Below, piece by piece: positions 23,392 to 30,021 of a DNA stretch of 30,021 bases. This DNA is from a virus (Duplodnaviria > Caudoviricetes), in IMG/VR virus record IMGVR_UViG_3300002307_000167, positions 1 to 30,021 of that record; one strand, 5' to 3'. A program made the position numbers and the translations under genes. Every line of letters begins with the position of its first letter. The stretch's first letter is position 1. Under the pieces are notes generated by a model. That model was not told where the DNA came from. It saw nothing but the letters and a program-made list of their open reading frames with translations, and did not search any database.

Positions 23392-26370
23392 TTATGGTAA
23401 CCAGCAATCACAGTTGCAATGGGTCACATGAGTTATGGCACCTGCAACATTGGGATTAGATTGCATCATCGTGCTATTAATGTAGTTAGGATCAAGATTA
23501 GGTGGTAAATTATTTGGATCATATTCAGGTGGAGTTTGAATAATCACTATGTTGCCAATTGGGTTGTTAGGTACTATTACTGGACCAGACGGTACTACTG
23601 ATGCGACAACAGGATTGCTATTACCATTCAGTATGCTAGTGATGTCTCCATCACTGGTACTATTAGTAGGTTTGAATCCGTAATCATTAGATAAATCACT
23701 AGAGACATAATACCCATTTGGATTGGGTAACACTGTATTTCCGTCTTGGGTAGAGGTGAAGTATGCAGGTATGGTATATACATTCCCATTCGGACTTGCT
23801 ATACCATCAAGTGCACCTGGTGCAGTACCATTCGCTAACAATGTTTTATTCGTTGTCGGAGAAAGAGTGTTAGGAATATTGTTATCTGGTTCAATACCTA
23901 GCTTTTGCAGTCTAATTTGGTTACGCTCTTCGCGCATTTTAGCGATAGTGCTTTGTCCACCCAAGCTGTTCAAATCGCTAATTGATTGTATTGTCTGCGC
24001 TGCCATATGAGGTCTAGTATCTTGACTATATTGCGACATGCTATCTAAGAACCCGGATATCGCAGTTGGATATGAATACAAGAAGTGATTTTTTGGTGCT
24101 TGTACTGGAGAAAGAGCAGTATATCTTGATCTTTGTTCTCTAATAAGTTGAGACCCTACAATACCATAATTCGTATTTAAATTTTTAACTGCATCAATAT
24201 TAGCAGTACTAATTGCTAATATTTCTATATTTGATTGATCAATATACTGCTGTACTACAGTATTCATTGGACTAGCCCAACCTACAGTGCCACTTGTAGT
24301 ATTTGTTCCGGAACTAGAAACTGAACCGTCAGTATTAACTGCAAGTGTTGCGGTGGGAGGGGCTTGTATAGATACAGTAGGAATAGAAGTTGAATCTGTA
24401 CCTGAACCAGTGAGATTGATATTTGTTATTCTCCCATACGAACCGTTTTCATTGCTGTTAGCTAAAGCATCATCAGTTCCTATACTAGCTATAGCAGTAG
24501 CCCCATTACTAATTGTTATAGTAGGAGCAGGTGCGCTACCTCTTCCATATCCGCCTCCCGGATTAGTAATAGTAACACCTGTCACATGATAGTATGTAGT
24601 AGGTCCTACTAAATACGTAGTATACTGCACTGTAGCAGTTGCTTGCTCCCATGTCACTGCTAAGAACAATTGCTGATAAATGTTATATAGTTTTTGAGTT
24701 TGTAGTTGATTGATGCGTGTGTTAATGAGTTTCCAGGGATAAGGTAATCCACTCATGCTTCCAAAGAAATCACTTACGGTATATGTTCCGGCGACACCAC
24801 TACCTAAACTAACTATTTGTTGACTATCATTAATAGCTGCTTGGTTAGTTGGCTTACTTGTTCCTGCTACTAATGGTAGATCAGTGAAGTTTTCAATACC
24901 TTTTGCTACTTTAGCAAATGTTTGAAAATTTACATTTTCAATATTCTTGATTTGACGCATACTATAACTAAACGCCCCGGCAGCAGTAGCCCAATCACTT
25001 GGTATAACACCGTCAAGATAACTACCGAACCCTTTTGGTAGTATTGCAAAATTATTAGGACTAACAGTTGATTCGTAAATAGGAGGGGTTCCTTTTGGGA
25101 TCAATGTGCCAATAACTTCTTGAATAGCTTGACTATTCAAATTGTTATTCAATCCACCATTCTCGTATATCAAATAATAAGTCTTGCTATTTGTAGGCAA
25201 CCCTAGTATACTATTGTATACCGGCACAGTCAATGAGCTATAGCTATTAGGGAATAATTTTTGTAGATTTAATAAATCTGCTAGTGTTTCTAAGCCTTCA
25301 GTTTTACATTGTAGTGGTGCTAACACATGTGTTAGGTTCTCGCCTGTAATGAGCAAGAATGCGCCTAATATTTGCTGTTCTTGCTTCTTTGACCAATTTG
25401 ACACGGTCCCGGCAGTAATTGACGCGATATCATTTTTGCTTAATCCTGCTGCTAATAGAGCTAAACTCAAGTCTTGTGTCATTGCACCAGCTTTACCAAT
25501 GTTCATAAGTAAGTTGCTTGGCATGCCAAAAGTTTCAATCTGCGCAAGATCAATAACTTTACCTAAATTCTCTAAGTCATCACCGAACGCAACTGAGGAT
25601 AAACATACACCTGCTATATCTGCGCTACACAAGTCGTTCATGTTACTATATGCACCATCCATGAACGAGTTACTATTGTCTATCACATTGATAGTTTGAT
25701 TACTGTCATTAATAAAGCCATAGAAACTTGAAAATGATCCTAAAAACTCTTTGTATTCTGGAGTAGATTGTGTAGGGCTGTCCCCGTTATAATTGAATTC
25801 ATTCCATGCTTGTAATGCCGGAAGACGCAAGAATCCCCACTGCGTAATACCTGTGTTTGGATTCTGTGTATTGTCTCCTGTATATGGATACCAAGTGGCT
25901 TCTTGTCCACTGTCTGTGTTGCTAGTGATTCCATACCCGTTGTTAGCAGGGCCCGGTAACGAGGGAGTTACACCCTGCTGTAGTCCATACTTCTCAGCAA
26001 TACAAGGATTAGTAGAACTAGTTGATGTTCTAGCCCAAACACCTGCAGGATCAACTGCAACAAACGTAGAGGGAGGACTATTACCTAATGCAGGTATGAC
26101 ATTTGATCCAATTGATATCAGATTATTGTATGTAGCTGTAGTGAGTGTAGTTCCGCTATTGGGAACACCTCTGATATAGCCATCATTTATCGCATAAGTC
26201 AATAATCTTAATACTGTATTATTGATTATTGAGCCAGGTGTATATGAACTATTGTTTTTACTAGTACCCATATACCCTTGTGCGACGGAATTAATAGTGA
26301 GGCCAGTGTTTTGCAACAATGACCCCATCATATTAACTGCTAACGGACTTTGCCTACCTGTATCTGACAT
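23392..26370 (-). CDS. large S/T/N/G-rich virion (tail/baseplate-type) protein
   Basis: 992 aa; ITNPGGGY...APTITI beta-rich repeats; adjacent to PAAR. Confidence 0.7.
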   Translation of the reverse strand: MSDTGRQSPLAVNMMGSLLQNTGLTINSVAQGYMGTSKNNSSYTPGSIINNTVLRLLTYAINDGYIRGVPNSGTTLTTATYNNLISIGSNVIPALGNSPPSTFVAVDPAGVWARTSTSSTNPCIAEKYGLQQGVTPSLPGPANNGYGITSNTDSGQEATWYPYTGDNTQNPNTGITQWGFLRLPALQAWNEFNYNGDSPTQSTPEYKEFLGSFSSFYGFINDSNQTINVIDNSNSFMDGAYSNMNDLCSADIAGVCLSSVAFGDDLENLGKVIDLAQIETFGMPSNLLMNIGKAGAMTQDLSLALLAAGLSKNDIASITAGTVSNWSKKQEQQILGAFLLITGENLTHVLAPLQCKTEGLETLADLLNLQKLFPNSYSSLTVPVYNSILGLPTNSKTYYLIYENGGLNNNLNSQAIQEVIGTLIPKGTPPIYESTVSPNNFAILPKGFGSYLDGVIPSDWATAAGAFSYSMRQIKNIENVNFQTFAKVAKGIENFTDLPLVAGTSKPTNQAAINDSQQIVSLGSGVAGTYTVSDFFGSMSGLPYPWKLINTRINQLQTQKLYNIYQQLFLAVTWEQATATVQYTTYLVGPTTYYHVTGVTITNPGGGYGRGSAPAPTITISNGATAIASIGTDDALANSNENGSYGRITNINLTGSGTDSTSIPTVSIQAPPTATLAVNTDGSVSSSGTNTTSGTVGWASPMNTVVQQYIDQSNIEILAISTANIDAVKNLNTNYGIVGSQLIREQRSRYTALSPVQAPKNHFLYSYPTAISGFLDSMSQYSQDTRPHMAAQTIQSISDLNSLGGQSTIAKMREERNQIRLQKLGIEPDNNIPNTLSPTTNKTLLANGTAPGALDGIASPNGNVYTIPAYFTSTQDGNTVLPNPNGYYVSSDLSNDYGFKPTNSTSDGDITSILNGNSNPVVASVVPSGPVIVPNNPIGNIVIIQTPPEYDPNNLPPNLDPNYINSTMMQSNPNVAGAITHVTHCNCDCWLP

Positions 26371-26372
26371 GA

Positions 26373-26642
26373 TTAAGGTACAAACACATTATCACTGCCT
26401 TGATTAATTGGATGGCCGCAGTCATTGCCAGATCCAACTCTTAACACTGCTACTCCCTCAGCAAAAACAGTTGGGCTACCCTCAGTGGTTTTAGCTGCAT
26501 TGTGCTTTCCACCGCCGGGGTGTTTAGAAATGTCACTTGTATGCAATGCTACCGGAAGTCCGTTACAAAATACAGTGCTTGCACCTCTTTGTATCTTTCC
26601 TCCACCTGAGTCTGTATCACCTTTTCTGCTGAGCTTTGGCAT
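26373..26642 (-). CDS. PAAR-domain baseplate spike tip protein
   Basis: RKGD..SGGG, STVFCNG.PVA, GSPTVFAEG..V.RVG...CGH...GSDNVFV. Confidence 0.92.
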   Translation of the reverse strand: MPKLSRKGDTDSGGGKIQRGASTVFCNGLPVALHTSDISKHPGGGKHNAAKTTEGSPTVFAEGVAVLRVGSGNDCGHPINQGSDNVFVP

Positions 26643-26671
26643 TCGCTTGTCCTTTGTTTATAGTATTTATG

Positions 26672-26751
26672 ATAAATAAAAGTGTAGTTCGCGGAAGTGG
26701 GATTCCCAACTACTCTAATACTGATTCAGAGTATCAGCAATGACTATTTAT
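26672..26751 (+). repeat. endonuclease leader cassette, copy 5
   Basis: ATAAATA..GTAGTT-CGC-GGAA..TTCC-C-AACTAC-TCTA-ATACT..AGTAT-CAGCA-ATGACTATTTAT. Confidence 0.9.
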
Positions 26752-27363
26752 AATAAAAGACCACAGTCTTCTCTTTACCGAAAAATACACGAACAACATT
26801 ATGGCCCAATTCCGAAAGAGGATAATGGAAGAAGTTATGAAATCCATCATATAGATGGAAATTCTCATAATAATGACCCAAAAAACTTAATTGCAGTAAC
26901 CTTACAAGAACATTATAACTTGCACTATAAGCAAGGAGATTACAATGCATGTAAGTTAATAGGGAGTAAACTTAATCTTCCTCCGGAAGAAATGTGTGAT
27001 TTACAAAGCAAGGCTCAACGCAAAAAAGTATTAGAGGGCACACATAATCTACAACGAAGATCGGATGGGTCAAGCGTGAGTTTGGATTTAGTACGGTCGG
27101 GGAAACACCCTTTCCTGAGAAGACCAGATGGTAGTTCTGTGACCTCAGATAGAGTAAAAAATGGAACTCATCATCTTCTGTCAAGAGGAAACAAACACCC
27201 AAAATATCTTCACACGGTATACACGTTCAGGAACAAGTATACCGGTGAAGTAATTAGCGCGACTTATTACGAGTTTAGAATCCGATTTAATTTAGACCCT
27301 GGTAATGTTCGCAGAATGTTAAAGAATCCTAATAAATCTTGTGGCGGCTGGCAAATAATTTAA
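26740..27363 (+). CDS. HNH homing endonuclease
   Basis: YEIHHIDGNSHNNDPKNL...EHYNLH; C-terminal HTVYTF...GW domain. Confidence 0.9.
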   Translation: MTIYNKRPQSSLYRKIHEQHYGPIPKEDNGRSYEIHHIDGNSHNNDPKNLIAVTLQEHYNLHYKQGDYNACKLIGSKLNLPPEEMCDLQSKAQRKKVLEGTHNLQRRSDGSSVSLDLVRSGKHPFLRRPDGSSVTSDRVKNGTHHLLSRGNKHPKYLHTVYTFRNKYTGEVISATYYEFRIRFNLDPGNVRRMLKNPNKSCGGWQII

Positions 27364-27662
27364 CCCAAAATCAACTTCTTTGTTTCAGGAACAATCAAGT
27401 TGCTTGTTGCCTGGATATACTTGGCTCGGACACTCTCGTCTGTAACTGCATAGATTGCAATGCTACTTTTGTTCAATCGGGTGTCACCCTTCGGATCTGA
27501 GGTGAATAGGCTTGGAATAAGGCCAACACCCTGAGGGCCTGGAGCTACACTCAACGGATCATGAAGTGTAACATCAGTTTCAGTCACAGCAGTTACCTTA
27601 CTAACAAGTTCTTCACCGCTGTTCAACTTTATCGTATAAATCGTATTAATTTCAAAATTCAC
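27360..27662 (-). CDS. hypothetical phage protein (Sm-like fold suspected)
   Basis: TIKLNSGEELVSK...YIQATSNLIVP; GTG start with AAGGA RBS. Confidence 0.75.
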   Translation of the reverse strand: MNFEINTIYTIKLNSGEELVSKVTAVTETDVTLHDPLSVAPGPQGVGLIPSLFTSDPKGDTRLNKSSIAIYAVTDESVRAKYIQATSNLIVPETKKLILG

Positions 27663-27672
27663 AAATATTTCC

Positions 27673-27909
27673 TTATGCTGCTTCTGCTAAGAACTTAGCA
27701 CGAAGCTCTTTAAATCCACCGACGAGTTCGCCGTCAATGAAAATCTGAGGGACGGTACGCGCATTAGGAACTGCTTCTAGTAGCTGCTCCTTAGTCCAAC
27801 CATCACCAATCTTTCTTTCTTCAAATTCAATACCCTTTTGTTCTAACAGGGTCTTTGCTTGTACGCAAAATGGACAGTTATCGCGGGACCAGATAATAGC
27901 TGTTGTCAT
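27673..27909 (-). CDS. glutaredoxin
   Basis: CPFC, RTVPQIF, VGGF; start reassigned to MTTAII (AAGGAG RBS). Confidence 0.95.
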   Translation of the reverse strand: MTTAIIWSRDNCPFCVQAKTLLEQKGIEFEERKIGDGWTKEQLLEAVPNARTVPQIFIDGELVGGFKELRAKFLAEAA

Positions 27910-27919
27910 AATATTCTCC

Positions 27920-29014
27920 TTATAAATCTGGTAATTCATCATAATTAAGATCGTCTGATAAAACACCAATAACATAATTAGTACTTTCTGTTTCTTGTAA
28001 GGCCGCTTGTTTCTTAGAGGTGTCTACATGTTTTAGGAACCAAGGAATGGGAGTAGTCTTTGGGGCAGGGTTCCAATACTTGATACCAATCTGTTTAAGA
28101 GCGTCTACGGCGTTATAGTCAACAAAGTCAATCATGATTTTTTCGTTAAGGCCAATGACAGGGCCCTTCTTGAAAAGATAAACAGCCCATTCTTTTTCTT
28201 CACGAATCACATCTTCGTAAATCTTACGGACTTCATGTTCACAATCAACTTTTGCTTTAGCAAATCGAGGATCTTCCTTGATAACTTGATTAATCATCCA
28301 AGCTGTCCATTCTTTGTGTAATAGTTCATCTTGTAGGATCAAGCTGATAATATTTCCATTACCCATGAACATCTTGTTTTCAACCATGGCCAATGATGTG
28401 GCAAACGATACCATGAAACGAAATGCTTCCAGGGCATAACTGGCATGAAGTGCCAACCAAATTGCATTGATGTGTTCCTGTTCATCAACATTGAGACCAA
28501 TTTCTTTTTTACAGTTGATCATATGCAGTGCATCATAATATTCACCCACGCTTGAAGCCATGTTGATGATTTCAGAGGTGTTGTGAATCGTGTTGAACAC
28601 TTCCTTAGGAACATTGTAGATGTTACGAATGATGTGGCTGTATGAGCGACTATGAATGTTTGTTTCAAATGACGACCATATCAAAACCAAAGACTCTAAT
28701 TCCGGAATAGATGCAACCGGAGAAAAAATCTGTACCGGTGCTCTACCTTGAATGCTATCTAAGGCAGTCTGTCGTAGGAGGTTAGAAGTAAAGATATGCT
28801 TTACTGTATCACTGGCATTCTTAAAGTCTCCGGCATCCTTAGATAAGTTGACTTCCTCAGGAACCCAAAAGAATCCCCGCTGCATTTCTTCAAACTTTGC
28901 AAGCTTAGGGTGACGATATTCTTCAAATCGCTGAACTGTAACTGTTCCGTCTAGGAACATTTTTCTGCCTAAATAATTAGGTGCGGTACTGATATCATAT
29001 TGTGCTTTAGACAT
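27920..29014 (-). CDS. nrdB: ribonucleotide reductase class Ia beta subunit
   Basis: FFWVPEEV, QTALDSIQGR, ETNIHSRSYSHI, LEAFRFMVSF, DELLH, QETESTNY. Confidence 0.97.
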   Translation of the reverse strand: MSKAQYDISTAPNYLGRKMFLDGTVTVQRFEEYRHPKLAKFEEMQRGFFWVPEEVNLSKDAGDFKNASDTVKHIFTSNLLRQTALDSIQGRAPVQIFSPVASIPELESLVLIWSSFETNIHSRSYSHIIRNIYNVPKEVFNTIHNTSEIINMASSVGEYYDALHMINCKKEIGLNVDEQEHINAIWLALHASYALEAFRFMVSFATSLAMVENKMFMGNGNIISLILQDELLHKEWTAWMINQVIKEDPRFAKAKVDCEHEVRKIYEDVIREEKEWAVYLFKKGPVIGLNEKIMIDFVDYNAVDALKQIGIKYWNPAPKTTPIPWFLKHVDTSKKQAALQETESTNYVIGVLSDDLNYDELPDL

Positions 29015-29056
29015 TTTATTAATCCTTAATGTTGAATGTGAGCTTATAAGCTCTTA

Positions 29057-29096
29057 GTGAACTACTACGCCCTAAAGTGACGTAGCTTTACGCTCA
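29057..29096 (+). mobile_element. solo IS200/IS605-type end-like hairpin
   Basis: GTGAACTAC-TACGCC-CTAAAG-TGACGTAG-CTTTACGCTCA resembles end hairpins of TnpB/IscB-bearing elements; no transposase nearby. Confidence 0.45.
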
Positions 29097-29792
29097 TTTC
29101 AGTAATCCTGGTACCAATTCACGCATTCTGCGTGTATTAAAATGACTTTTTGTTTCAGCCAAACCTTCGCCGCTTTCCGAAATTACATATTGATATCGTT
29201 TAAACGAAGAATCTCCTGTCTTGAAATATTTTTCCATATCATCTACTGTATCTACTGTAATCATTGTTTGTCCGGGGTGTTCTTTGTCGTAGATCGAGAC
29301 TTTGTTTCCTTGTGAAAGCAATCTTTTCCATATGTCATATCCTTCGTCACTGAGAGTTTCATCACTCATTAGCCGAATTGATCTTCCGGTTGAATCGAGG
29401 ATCATGTTATACAAATCAGATGCATAAGGTGGCTTTCCTTTATAATTAGGGCTTTTTCCAGTCATTGATACAACTAATGCTTGCGGTTTTATATCAAGCT
29501 GTGTTATTAAGATTGGTTCTTCTGACTGTGGATTTACGTACCAAAAGTAAGCAACTTGATTGCCGACATAGGAACGTAAATTATTTCCCATGTCCGATAC
29601 TTTCACTCCAGAATTTATTAAATTATGAATATCCTGACATAATCCGTCGTAAGTAGAAAATGCACCGAGTCCCATTGGCATTTCCGTAAGCCAAGTGTCA
29701 ATGAAATCTTCTCTGCTAGTTGCGCCCGATGATACCCTGGGAATAGGAACCACTCTTCCCTCATTAACTAATGATAGGTTAATTTTATACAT
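29094..29792 (-). CDS. hypothetical protein between nrdA and nrdB
   Basis: 232 aa ORF, SDETLSDEGYDIWKRL motif. Confidence 0.75.
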   Translation of the reverse strand: MYKINLSLVNEGRVVPIPRVSSGATSREDFIDTWLTEMPMGLGAFSTYDGLCQDIHNLINSGVKVSDMGNNLRSYVGNQVAYFWYVNPQSEEPILITQLDIKPQALVVSMTGKSPNYKGKPPYASDLYNMILDSTGRSIRLMSDETLSDEGYDIWKRLLSQGNKVSIYDKEHPGQTMITVDTVDDMEKYFKTGDSSFKRYQYVISESGEGLAETKSHFNTRRMRELVPGLLK

Positions 29793-29935
29793 TGTTTCTT
29801 CCTATCCTACTGTATCCTAATTCTTTTCTAATCTCTTTTTCTCTAAATCTTTGGAACTTTTTGGTTCGCATTTGGGACAAGGAATACCCTCCGGACACCG
29901 ATGCTCGTGGTATATAACTATTGCTTCTTCGTTCA

Positions 29936-30021
29936 TCATAAAACGCAACTCTCGCAGGAATCTTCATCTTCGAAGAAGTCAATTTCTTCCAGCGGCGCCT
30001 CATCTTCAACTTCTTTTGAAC
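29936..30021 (-). CDS. nrdA: ribonucleotide reductase alpha subunit, C-terminal end (partial)
   Basis: Own translation ...SKEVEDEAPLEEIDFFEDEDSCESCVL*: acidic tail with terminal CxxC, upstream of nrdB. Confidence 0.8.
   Translation of the reverse strand, partial: SKEVEDEAPLEEIDFFEDEDSCESCVL

Noticed and set aside
6461-26751. CRISPR array or IscB/omega-RNA (HEARO) interpretation of the repeated leader
   Set aside because: Copies are dispersed without spacers; proteins are short HNH or GIY-YIG-like without PLMP or RuvC motifs; the motif is only ~80 nt
29785-30009. 74 aa ORF from the track
   Set aside because: Its 5' part is an alternative frame of the nrdA C-terminus; which short ORF fills 29790-29939 cannot be decided from sequence
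1-30021. Genome-wide TAG recoding (genetic code 15)
   Set aside because: Long genes, including the 992 aa virion protein, are intact under the standard code with no internal TAG; only one local interruption was seen

Overview
A 30 kb segment of a large lytic dsDNA phage (T4-like/jumbo myovirus type, inferred from PAAR, nrdA/nrdB/glutaredoxin, TATAAATA/ATAAATA late-type promoters, sigma70-type early promoters and a tRNA array). Almost all genes are on the minus strand; the only credible plus-strand genes are free-standing endonucleases. Left end: a tRNA array (His, Lys, Trp, Arg, Thr-AGT, Gln, plus several aberrant tRNA-like genes), preceded by a structured ncRNA candidate and a 47-codon leader ORF with a terminator/antiterminator pair. 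Middle: NAD salvage genes (NAMPT, NMNAT-Nudix, macrodomain), translation rescue genes (RtcB, PTH2-like), redox genes, RimK-like, LpxH-like and an AAA ATPase. Right: a large virion-type protein, PAAR, glutaredoxin, nrdB and the nrdA 3' end. Most notable: (1) a covarying ~80 bp two-hairpin cassette bounded by inverted ATAAATA/TATTTAT in front of five endonuclease genes of two unrelated families; (2) a leader peptide using all 20 amino acids and 37 different codons, positioned like an attenuator of the tRNA array; (3) a tRNA-His gene split by a nuclease cassette that carries its own replacement tRNA-His; (4) a degenerate tRNA with CTA in the anticodon register near TAG-interrupted frames. All family assignments come from motif recognition by eye; no database search was run.
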